Assembly: GCA_964187785.1 (NCBI GenBank)
Contig: OZ076409.1
Span: forward strand, 90,336,001-90,400,000
Source of the DNA: Amphiscolops sp. MND2022
Taxonomy: Eukaryota
DNA: 64,000 nucleotides
Direction of reading: 5' to 3'
Position 1 is the stretch's first letter, and every line of letters starts with the position of its first letter. The translations under genes were made by a program, and so were the position numbers. The notes beneath the pieces are model-generated. The model made no database searches and was not told where the DNA came from. It saw only the letters and a list, made by a program, of their open reading frames with translations. This document shows, piece after piece, positions 49,679-60,132 of the stretch.

Positions 49679-52600
49679 GTTTTGGCTGCCTTACCCAGTT
49701 CAATTTCGGTCGAACGGTTATTCCGTATGGCCGGCAATGTGCAGCACCCAAGGCGAACTAGACTTTGCTGAAAAAAATTTTCAAAAACTTTCCGAAATTT
49801 GAATGAATATCTTGAAAATCAGTTTTTTAGTTAGCGATAGCGTTAGCGATTAGCGAACCCATTTTTTAGTAGCGATAGCGATGAAATTGAGCCATTAGCG
49901 ATGTTAGCGATTAGCGATAAAATGGTTAGCGATCACACCTCTGCTCTCATCATATCGAGATCTTTTTATCTGCTATCCTTTCTCAGTTATATTTCGTCTA
50001 GATTCTCAAAAACCTTGTTCTATAATTTTCCTTTTTGAATAATCATTGCTCTACCAATGCGCCCAGGCATTCTTGTCAAATAGGCTTTTTTGACGTATCG
50101 AAGTTTTTCAACGCTATGAGACATCATTCAATCCAAAATTTTCTGATGGTCATAAAACCTAGTTTATGCACAATGTGTAAATCAGAAGTGTTGAATGCAA
50201 AAATTAAAGCGCCCATTTTTTTGTCTTTCTATGTGAGTCTCTGGAAAATCGATCCACAAATCAAAGGCATGTATTATATTGGTCAGAATCGTTCGAGGTT
50301 GTGCATTACTTGAGTGCTGTGAATGCAGAAGCAAAACATTTTGTGCCACTTTTGTTCTATCGGCTGACTCCTTGGATACAATTGAAGGAGAAAGGCCGAG
50401 CCCTGAAAACAATTTTACATCCGAGCAAAAGTTTTTCCGAGAGGAGTATGAAATATCGCCTAGTTAACAAATCCTACTTCAAGTAAATTGTTTTAAAAAA
50501 CAACAGTTTTTCTGAGAAATAATTACGCCTAGAATCAAACGTGTGGAAGCAATTTCCACATTTTGCTTTTTCGTCGAGAAACATGATTTGAAATTTCACA
50601 GTTATCAAAAACATTTCCATTAAAACTTTTTTTCAATTTTTTAAGCAGTGGTTCCGATCAAGAGATAGAGACCTTCCGATTGATTTATGTGGCGCCAATT
50701 TTCGATATTTCGTTTTAGTATTTTATCAAAAAAGTAGACCAAAATAGCATTTTAGACTATATAAATTCCAATCGAAAGACTTCACAATATTTCTGCGTGA
50801 GCTGAAATAATATAGAAGCCGAGAAGCTTTTCTTTTTTACAGACTACTATCGACCCGCCATGGCCGCCAATTCTGGTAGCAGTGAGGCAGCGCTAATCCA
50901 GGTCTTTAGCTAGTTTATTTAGTTTTCATAGCAGCAAGGCAACGTTTTTATTGATATTTATTAAACGAACGAGAATTTTAAATAATCTTACACAGAGCTT
51001 CACCTGCATTAAAATACGAATGCGAAACGTCTTTGAGACTTTTTTCGAAAATTTTTCAATGTCCCCAAAGTGTCTTCCCTTCAATTTGTTTGATATTTTG
51101 CAACAGAACGAATGTTAGAAAATCCTAAAGGGTCCATTTTTTCAGATTTTTTGGCACTATGAGACTGTTACAATTTCTCATATTTTCGTTATTTTTTTCG
51201 GGAATTTTTCGAAAGACTCCAAATGGTCTCCCTTCAGTTTTTTGAAATTTTGCAACAGAATGGATGTTAAGAAATCTCAAAGGCCCCCCTTTACAGTTTT
51301 TGGCATATTGAGACTTTTCAAAAGGAATATTTTTTCTCTTAAAATTAGGTTTTCTCAGGCCCAGCACGCTATATCCGGTTTTCGTTTTTTTAAAGACCGG
51401 CGTTTTTTCTATGCGTCTTTTTTAAAATTCGTTTTCATCGAAGTCCCCCTCAAATTTTACAAGAAACGAAACGTTTTGCGAGCGTAAAGGACTCCAACGT
51501 TTTCGGCACTATGCGACTTACCGGAGACCTTCATCAAAAATTTTTTTTAATTGTGAAAAATTTTTCCTCAGGTTTTTTAAAAATTTTCCGTTGACAAAGA
51601 TGGGTTTTTTGCTGTTTCCAGTTGGGGAAAAATGGTTTTCGAGACTTATGCAAATATTCCTTCGGGTGTTTTTGGGGCTGTAAAATTGATGAAATGAAAT
51701 TTTAACATTATTGTACTTTTACCCTTGGTTGTCCGTATGATACTGCTTATTTGGTTTTCTTTTGAAAAGTTCAAAATTTCTTTGCAAGTGTTTGCGAAGC
51801 ATGGCTTCGCCTCTGTGTTAAACATTGAAGTCAAAAGTGATTGTAGCCTAAAGCAGAAATATTACCGAGGCCTACATGGGCCTATTTTCAATAAGTAGAT
51901 ATTTTCTAGGAGAGTTCAAAAATGAACCACTTAACCTCGTTAATGATTTCGTCCTCAAATGATGACAGCGATTTTTTCACAACCTATAAAAAATTACGAA
52001 ACGCAAAAGGTATTTAGGAAAACGTAAGTTTGTCTTTCTTAGCAATCTATTGGACTATTTGGGGCGAGTTATTTGTGACAATATAGTTTGTTTTTCGAAC
52101 CACCGGCAAAAAAGTTACTGAAAAAAGTTAAAATTTGCAAAAAAAAATATTTATCAGAAAATTAGCATTTTCTCAATAACACAGCAACTGTTTGCCAAAT
52201 TACTGTCACACTCTAGTAACACAGTTTGCCATCAATGAAAACGCATATAGAAGTCTTGAGTTCGACCGGCTAGTGTGCATTTGAAAGCTTAGGTGAAAGG
52301 TTTTCAGGAGCAGAAAACCGGTTTGAGCTGTGGCACACCGAGAAGTCGAAAAGTTGACAAAACTGGCAACATTTTTACAATGCTCAATTTCTCTCCGAAT
52401 AATATATTATTCGTAGAGAAATTAAGCATTGAAAAACTGTTGACAGTTTTGTCAATTTTTCGACTTCTCGGTGTACTGACGAGGTTAAATTAGTTTGAGT
52501 GCAGCTGTGTTTCGACATTTTCCACTGCAGATGTTTCTGCAAAAAACTTAATCGAAGCTAATTTGAAATACCTCTTATTTTCAGCCGAAGATCGTTTTCC

Positions 52601-55600
52601 TCCAATATTTTCGAATAGTTACTTCGAAAGGAAGATGACGTAGATTAAATCGAATGAACTTTTACGAAGCAATTTTGAAGTACAAGTTCCAATTTATGAA
52701 ACTTTTGGTTTTGATATTTATCGTACCCCCGCTTCTGCCAGGAATCATTACCTTTTGTTCCTGTCATGCCAGCATGATGGAAATACAATCTACTAAATAT
52801 CTGTAATGTAAATATTATGTCTTATGTACTTAGATATGGGCAATATGATGTCATATAATAAGAGCTATGGTTGTGAGCAACCCTACGTTACTTGTACTTT
52901 AATCCCTTCCCCCCTGAGTGTGAGTTACATATATCTACTTAATACTGAGCGCTCTAGTTCCGGTGTCTGCATAAATGATCTTGCCGGTGGCCTTAGATGT
53001 GCTATAACTTAAATATTGGTTTGTCACGACAAGGGAGAGAAGTTTTCCGGTCAGACTGGACCGAGAGATGTTGAAATGATGAAAAATGCAACCTCTACTA
53101 GCTCCACGCCTCAGAGCTTGTAGTCGTGACGACATTTTTATGAAGTCCATCGCTAATCCATCTGCGGATTTAGCGGTGAACCTAATTTAGTTGGAAATTT
53201 TACCTGAGTCCATCAGCGGACTCACTGGCGCTTTTATGAATGAAGTTCATCGCAATCTCATCCCCATAAATGCGAGTGAACAAATAACGGAACTTCAGAA
53301 CTTGTTTTCGTCACTAATCCATCAGCGGATTTTATTGGACTTAATTTTAGTTAATTCATCTTAAATTCATCGCAGTATTTCACTTAGTAAATTCAATTGT
53401 GCTTCTCATTTTTCTTAGGGACAGTAACACATCTCTTATTCATCGTTTGACTAGTAGACAGAAAGAAATGAGAAAGTACATCCTTAATCCATCTTAAAAG
53501 AGTGAATGTGCTGGATTGTCTGATTTGTTGGTTAAATTCATCTCTAACCCATCCGGATTTTATTCGCGCTAGAATTTGCTGACTTATTGGGTGAGTTCAT
53601 CCCAAACTCATCGTTGAACCAATTGCTAATAGAATCGTTGTTTTATTCGATGAGTTCATCCCAAACTCATCGCTGATTTCGATTTACGATAAAGTTGGCT
53701 ATTTCCTTGATTTTATTGAGTGAATTCATCCTGAATTAATCGTCAACCCTACTTGTGCTGGAAACTAGCAAATAATGCAGGAAGTCTTTATCATCGTCAT
53801 TTTAGATTTTGTTGATTTTCAAGCGAGAAAGACTGCATTCCATCGCATTTTCATCCTAGACTAAACTGGGCTTGAAGAATCAGCAAAATTCTCATGTTTT
53901 CATCGCATATCCATCCTCAATTGCAAAATATTGAATATAGTGTTACAATCAGCTGGAAAACATAGTTTTCCCATCGCGCAGTGTACCTGATCTTGATTTG
54001 GCTTAAAACTAGTACGGTTCGAAGACTTTCAGCTCATTTTCATCTCTATAGTAACCACTGTCATGTGTGCAGGCAGTTGCGACATTGTAAATTGATGATT
54101 CATTGCCTTTTACATAATATGTAGATTCATCATGATGCGTGGCCACCCTGCGGCAGTTCACAACACCGGTCATGTGACTTACCAATTGGCACCTACCGGC
54201 AGTAACCAATGAGAGAAGGCTGGTAAGAGATTTAGCGTCTTACCAGCCTGAAAAGACACGTGAACTGCTGTAGTTTAAGCCGCCATTAGAGATTACTCAG
54301 ACCGAGATTGTGACTAGCTACCGTACAGTTGAGAATCTACATAAAGATTTCAAAAATACATCTACAATTCATCTCAAATAACGATAAATTGACTCTTCTG
54401 AATAATCTTCCAGTGAATCTATTTTGCGATGAAACTTGGATGAACTTCTTCAAATTGCTTCTCTGATTTACCTTCATTATTAGATACTCATTTCCTTGTA
54501 AATTTCATCTCAAAAGCATCTCAATTCAAGATTAGTGGATTCGAGACATTACAATCAACGATAAAATAACAAAATACATCCATAAAACATCTCAGAAATT
54601 CAGTCTTCACTCATAAATCATTTCCATTTGTTTATATGAGTCAAAACCAAGGGACAGTACTCAGAAGCGGCAGAATTATTGATTCCTCATCAGAAATAGA
54701 TTCTCCCGTGGAATTGAACATGGCTCAAGCAAACTCTAACGATTCTGATACCAACGATAATTCTGACATCTCTTCCCAGTTGTCTGAAATAAAAGAAAGT
54801 TGCGAACGAAGGATTAGTGAGTTGCATCATGAGTTTAGTCAACTGAAGGACTTAATGATGGCAATTGTAAACAAAAGTAATGCCGAAGTACAGCCATCCA
54901 GTTCGAAAGGTCCTTCAAAGCCGCCCCAACAGCAGGGGTTCGACAGTTCCCCATAGGCATCGGAACCCATGTCCCCAAGTCGGGCATTTGGTGCGCAGAA
55001 GCAATTGAGTGGAGAATTTTCTACCAGAGGGCTAAGATGCGACTTCCCAGAAAACTCCTTTGGTTTCTGAAGCTATGGTGGTTGTCCAACCGCGGTGGTT
55101 TTGCCTGCTACAGTTACAAGCATTTTGAAACTATTTAATCGATATTCAGATGTTCTGTTAGAGTATTTTCTCGAATTTGATCTTGAAATCCTGACAAGAA
55201 AGTGTTGTTGGTCTGGAAACCTCTCAGCTTGGGTTGCCTATCTTTTGGATAGCAGTCGATTGCTTCGGAAGCGGCCAGTTTAACAAGCAATCAATCGTTG
55301 AGAAAATAGTTCCTTCAATCATGTGCAAAAGCATTGTCTCTAAATTTCTGTTTCATAAAACGTTATTGTTTGCAAAATTGAACAGTGTCAATACCGGTCC
55401 TATAAAATGAATTTGGAAAACATCGGTAAGTGGAGGGTATAAATTAGGACAATGTATCTCAAATTTTATTGATCGTCGGAAATTATATGGTTTCATGGGA
55501 AGCAACCGAGGGATTGTCAGATTTATGACAGCCCTCCCTCGTGAACTATAGCACTGATAGATGACTCTACGATTGCTTGTTGGCGGCGTGTCGCTCTGCA

Positions 55601-56201
55601 GCCTCTGAGACAGATGACGGAACGTAGAAGAGCAAACTTATCTTGGTTCTGATGTAGCTTATTGCGTCAACGTAGCTTTCTGATCCTTTTTCGTTGATTA
55701 TTGCTGCTAGTCGAGTAATTACTTTTGTGGCTGATGGTCCAGCGCCACCTGTACATGCAAAGAGTAGGGGGGTTAAAGGTACTTTTTCCCACATTTATGA
55801 TTCTGGACTCGTATTTGAGCTTCTTTTGAAATTCATGGAATTGCCGACTAACAGTAGATTGTAGATTGAAATGTAACATGTTTTTATTGACATCTTTCTG
55901 TATGTGGTTTAAAATCAAGAAGTTCAACTACTACTTTGAAAGGAGGTTTCTTTTAGAAATTCAGCAGGTATTATTATTTTTATTTTCAAATTTTAGACCA
56001 CGAAAAAGGAGGCAAGATCAGATTCCAATCAACTGGGTTCCTCCTACTCAAAGTGTAGCAAGAGACAATGAAATATCAACATACAACAACTCATTCCAGA
56101 AATACGATTCGAATTGCAAACTTCCACCTATTAGACAGAAAGATGAACTTTCTGGGCAGAGGGAAAATGCATTGTTTGAGCGCTATTCTCTTTACAGGTG
56201 A
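41917..56201 (+). CDS. Hypothetical small spliced gene: exon 41917-41972 (5 copies) plus terminal exon 55997-56201
   Basis: aaaATG...AAT AG|GTAAGT is a strong phase-2 donor; ttttAG|A CCA CGA is a phase-2 acceptor followed by 67 open codons. Intermediate exons are unknown. Confidence 0.35.
49480..49943. mobile_element. hAT-type MITE (left part repeated in every array unit)
   Basis: TIRs cagaggtgtga / tcacacctctg; perfect TSD CTCTCATC; ttagcga subterminal repeats. Confidence 0.92.
51030..51830 (+). mobile_element. HINE-family internal repeat fragment
   Basis: Shares the ttttcggcactatg, ttttgcaacagaa and aagggtcccc modules with 20500-20760 (opposite strand) and 57020-57240. Confidence 0.5.
52335..52474. 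repeat. 140-bp near-perfect palindrome (foldback MITE-like)
   Basis: acaccgagaagtcgaaaagttgacaaaactg...cgaataat at attattcg...cagttttgtcaatttttcgacttctcggtgt. Confidence 0.9.
52762..54945 (+). mobile_element. 2184-bp solo LTR (Gypsy-type) carrying an ORF start
   Basis: TGTC...GACA ends; perfect TSD GTTCC (52757-52761 and 54946-54950); the ORF from 54636 (MSQNQGTVLRSGR...QGFD) runs to the LTR end. Confidence 0.85.
55567..55840 (-). mobile_element. 3' fragment of an RLE-type non-LTR retrotransposon
   Basis: KKLKYESRIINV.../ PLLFACTGGAGPSATKVITRLA...YIRTKIS, a typical RLE C-terminus. Confidence 0.75.
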
Positions 56202-56302
56202 TGAAATTCACTTTTTATTGTTTTGTAGTGTTTCAACATGACTGCGTTACCTTTTGGAATCACGAAGTGTTCATTTTCGAATTTGACACTAAACTTAATT
56301 TA

Positions 56303-57263
56303 AAACCAGACGGGAACGTCTAAAGTCAGCGCCTGCTTCATTTTGTTTCTAAAAAAAGTTTGTCTCACAGTGCCGAAAATTATTTTAAAGAGGACACAAA
56401 AGAGCCTTTGTGTATCCTTTAGATCTATGGCGAAAAGTCTGTAAAAAGTGAACCATATTGATATATGCTGTGATCTGACGAAAAAAACTAGCACCGATAA
56501 TAGTTGGCAACATTTCTCACAAAATGCGCGACTTCTCTGTTAAGTGAACAGATATACTTGTATATACTATGCACTGCGATAGTACTTTCATGAGAAACAG
56601 TTTCTTTAGAAATAGTCCCTTTATGAAACACCTTACCAAAGAGCTTGAAACCCGAGTCATACTCATATACAACTATAAAGAACAAGACTAAACATTTTTT
56701 CCTCAAACAGTTTGAAAGAGAACTCGATACACCCGAATACGGTTTAAAAAATGTTGGAGGAATTATCATTGTTTTCATTTGAATTTCAACCTCAATTTTT
56801 TATTAATTGTATTTGTACACTACTTTTCTTACTGAATCTGTCATGGTTTTAGTAGCAAAGGTCAATACAGTGTTTATAGTCGGCGCGTTTTCCTTTTAAG
56901 GAAAAATGCCCGACTATAGCAGTGACCTTTTTTTTCAATCCTGACACTGATTGGTCCACTTTTTAGAAACAATCCTGAAACCACCTAAGGCCAAGTCCGG
57001 CCAAGGCAAACTTAGTCCAAAGGGTCCCCCCTTCCATTGTTTACTTTTTCAAGGAAACCGGACATGCCTAAAGGGTCCCCCGTTGGATTTTTTCGGCACT
57101 GTGCGACTTTTTTTGAAATTTTTTTATTCGTCCCCCCTTCGGGTTTTTTGACATTTTGCAACAGGATCTATGTTAATAAATCCAAAAGGGCCCCCCTTTT
57201 ACATTTTTCGGCACTATACGACATTTTTCGAAAGAAAAAAAATCTCAAAATTTTAAAGTTTTC
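56303..57263. mobile_element. HINE-family copies (minus remnant about 56303-56530; plus copy from about 56875, interrupted by the Gypsy LTR)
   Basis: agacgggaacgtctaaagtcagcgc end, and 5' end tatagtcggcgcg...tgcccgactata. Confidence 0.6.
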
Positions 57264-58410
57264 TGTCGCAGGCTGCCGCTTGCGATGGGACACGTATCAC
57301 AACGACTACTAACGAACAAGAAGCCGTACCAGGTACTCTACCCACATTTTAGGAGAATTATTCAAAACTTTTAGTAAAACTCACTGTTGTTTTATTATAT
57401 TCATTATGTATTCGGATTGAATATTAGTCTGATTAATACTCGTGTTAGAATTCAAACGGTGATGATTATGTTTATATGATGAATTGTTTAGCAGTGACGT
57501 AATGCAATAAAGGCAAGTGTAAAGCTTAAAGGAAACGAGTTCAAGTGAACGAAAGTCTAATTCCGGAGACGTCACTTGAGCTCATTTCATTAGCCAATCA
57601 GAACGCTCTATCCTGCTGGGCATTATACTGTCATATTTGTTTGGCCGTATACGGCCACTTGACGCTATACCTTATTTTGTAAGCGGACCAAAGGCAAATG
57701 GCCGGATTAGGCCATTCCAACTATTAGCTTGTGTAATTGTTTAATTTGAGTATGCACGTTATTTAAAGTCATGTAAGATTATATTTGTATTTAGAAGGCG
57801 CTAATGGGGCCATTTAAACCCAATTGATGCAGTTGTGACCACCAGTCATGAAACACTAAATACTAGTCCAGTGGACTAAACCGGTCACTTTAATTGGCTG
57901 GTATCTTTGTCAAATGGCCGAATTGGGCCATGTTCACCTTTTATTAGTGCATATAATTAGAGTTGCTATCTGATGATATAGCTTGCGTGTGCAGGCACGT
58001 GCCTTGGATACCTCACATACCTGTTGACACAAATATTACTTTGAAGTGTCTGAGCATATATTTGCCTTGATGTTAATTGTTACGGGAATGCGGACTAAAC
58101 CGTCCCCCGTACTTTGAAGCTATCATGAGTATGTAATTGAGTGCATTCCTCAGGAATTCTTCCGACCCTAAATTCCTGAATCACTTTGATGCAATAGCTA
58201 TTTTTCAATCCTCGTAAAATCTCATGATCCTTTAAAATATGTAAACATTTCAATAATATGTGGAAAATGTGAGTGTCATGCCTCAGGAGGTATATATATG
58301 TACACCTCCCTCCTGGGGGACACAAGTTACTTTCTTTTCACAACGTTCAGTTCATTGATATTACCAGTTTTCCGAACTAATTCAATATTAACCTCGGACT
58401 TTCTTCCTAA

Positions 58411-60132
58411 ATGCCTACCACTAGGAAACAGAAGAAAACAAGGAAATCTAGAGAAGCAGAAATGCTATCTGACATTGAGAATTTGGATATTATGCTCGGA
58501 GGAAATCACTTTGATAGAAATGAGAGAAATGAAAGTGTGAATAGTAATCAGGCCGGTAGGCCAGAAAGCTTATTTGGAGATGAATTTGGAGATGAGAATG
58601 AGAATGAGTTCCCAAACCCGGGAAATAATGGACCAAGTCCAAATACCGAATTAGGCCATAATTCAATCAGAGAGTGTTCAAGTGTTGAGATCAATAGATT
58701 GTCGAGTGAGTTAAATTCACGTATATCTCGAGAGATGGATGAAATGATGAATAGCGTCAGTGTTCAGATTCAAAGGGCCATAAATGAGGCAATCAGTAGC
58801 CAAATTTTGCCTCAAATCCAAAATGCAGTTATGGCCGGGTCGGGACAATTGACCAACGAGAGATGGAACGTTCCGGCCGAGAGGCCGGAAGGATATTCCG
58901 AAATACTGCAAAACTTAGAACCTAGGAACAATTCTAAGAGTAAACAGACCAACGACCGTCCCAAAGACGGATTCACAAGCACGAATTCTCGTGCTTACGA
59001 CATGGTGACAGGAGAAAACGAATCTCCAATCGAAGTTCCTGAGTTTCTCACGGGACGAATACCATCCACCAGTCATCTCAACAGATCAAATGATGACCTT
59101 CCCCTGCTCGACACGACGATCCCAGCACAAGAGAGAATTGCTACGGCTGCCGACTCCGATCCCATCACCCGACTGGCAGACGTCTTGACCACAATGCAAA
59201 ATAGACCGACAGCCCAACAACTCACTATACGCCCAGTCAATTCAAACACAATGACTTTTGATGGCAAGAGTGAAAAATTCGAGCTGTTTGAGGACCTGTT
59301 CCACACGATGATCAAGATGCAACCGGAAATGACGGAACAGATGAAAATAAATCACTTCCACTCACTGCTGAGGAAGAATGCTCTCCAAACCTTCCGGAAC
59401 ATCAGCTCGAGCAATAGACAGACTTTAGAGGACGTATTGGTAATATTCAGACGAAAATACGTCAAACCCGAATCACAGGCGACTGCCAAACATAAATGGC
59501 ACCGTCTAGTCTTTGATCCCAACACGATGAAACTGCCAGATTTCCTTGAAGAATTAAATCAAGGGGCAGAAAAAGCATTCGGGGATCACGCGCAGAAAAT
59601 GATTGACAGTTTGCTCTACGCAAAACTGCCACCAAAACTGAAGCGGTCTGTAAACATGGCCAGACTCGAAAACGGCTCTTATGACGAAATAGTTGCTCAT
59701 TTAGAGAGAGAGTTAGAACTAAATGCCCTTGAGGAATCAGACGACCTACCAATGGCCACAATGACCTCCTCATCTACAAAACCTAAAACTCCTCTGTCCA
59801 CAGGGCAACTGTCCGATATCACTTGCAATTACTGCAAGGAAAAGGGTCACATGGTCAAGGATTGCGAAAAACTGAAAAAGAAAAAAGAAAAAGATGCCCA
59901 ACAAGGCAAGTCGACACAGAAGAAAACATACCCGGAGTGTGGCACTTGTGGCAAAAAGAACCACCCGGAAGAACGATGTTGGCAAGGTGCTGGTGCACAT
60001 CTTAAACCCAAACGCACTAGACCTGAAGACTCAACTGAGAATAAGCCCAATCCAAAGGCTCAGAAACCTCAGACCAAACCGACATCATCCGGCTCCCAAT
60101 CCTCATATCCTAATGAAAAGTCAAAAAACTAA
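58411..60132 (+). CDS. gag: Gag, 573 aa
   Basis: TFDGKSEKFELFEDLF capsid-like region and two CCHC knuckles (CNYCKEKGHMVKDC, CGTCGKKNHPEERC). Confidence 0.95.
   Translation: MPTTRKQKKTRKSREAEMLSDIENLDIMLGGNHFDRNERNESVNSNQAGRPESLFGDEFGDENENEFPNPGNNGPSPNTELGHNSIRECSSVEINRLSSELNSRISREMDEMMNSVSVQIQRAINEAISSQILPQIQNAVMAGSGQLTNERWNVPAERPEGYSEILQNLEPRNNSKSKQTNDRPKDGFTSTNSRAYDMVTGENESPIEVPEFLTGRIPSTSHLNRSNDDLPLLDTTIPAQERIATAADSDPITRLADVLTTMQNRPTAQQLTIRPVNSNTMTFDGKSEKFELFEDLFHTMIKMQPEMTEQMKINHFHSLLRKNALQTFRNISSSNRQTLEDVLVIFRRKYVKPESQATAKHKWHRLVFDPNTMKLPDFLEELNQGAEKAFGDHAQKMIDSLLYAKLPPKLKRSVNMARLENGSYDEIVAHLERELELNALEESDDLPMATMTSSSTKPKTPLSTGQLSDITCNYCKEKGHMVKDCEKLKKKKEKDAQQGKSTQKKTYPECGTCGKKNHPEERCWQGAGAHLKPKRTRPEDSTENKPNPKAQKPQTKPTSSGSQSSYPNEKSKN
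60123..60129 (+). promoter_or_regulatory. -1 ribosomal frameshift slippery heptamer A AAA AAC
   Basis: Immediately before the gag TAA; a -1 slip enters the pol frame. Confidence 0.8.

Noticed and set aside
50035..50486. Overlapping short ORFs as internal exons
   Set aside because: Could not build a phase-consistent splice chain or recognise any homology.
52762..53031. 270-bp LTR ending at cacgaca
   Set aside because: No PBS follows, and the TSD matches only the end at 54945.
58305..58325. ctgggggacaca as the 5' LTR end of the intact Gypsy
   Set aside because: No PBS follows, and it matches the left terminus less well than 59002 does; the 3' LTR is needed for final proof.
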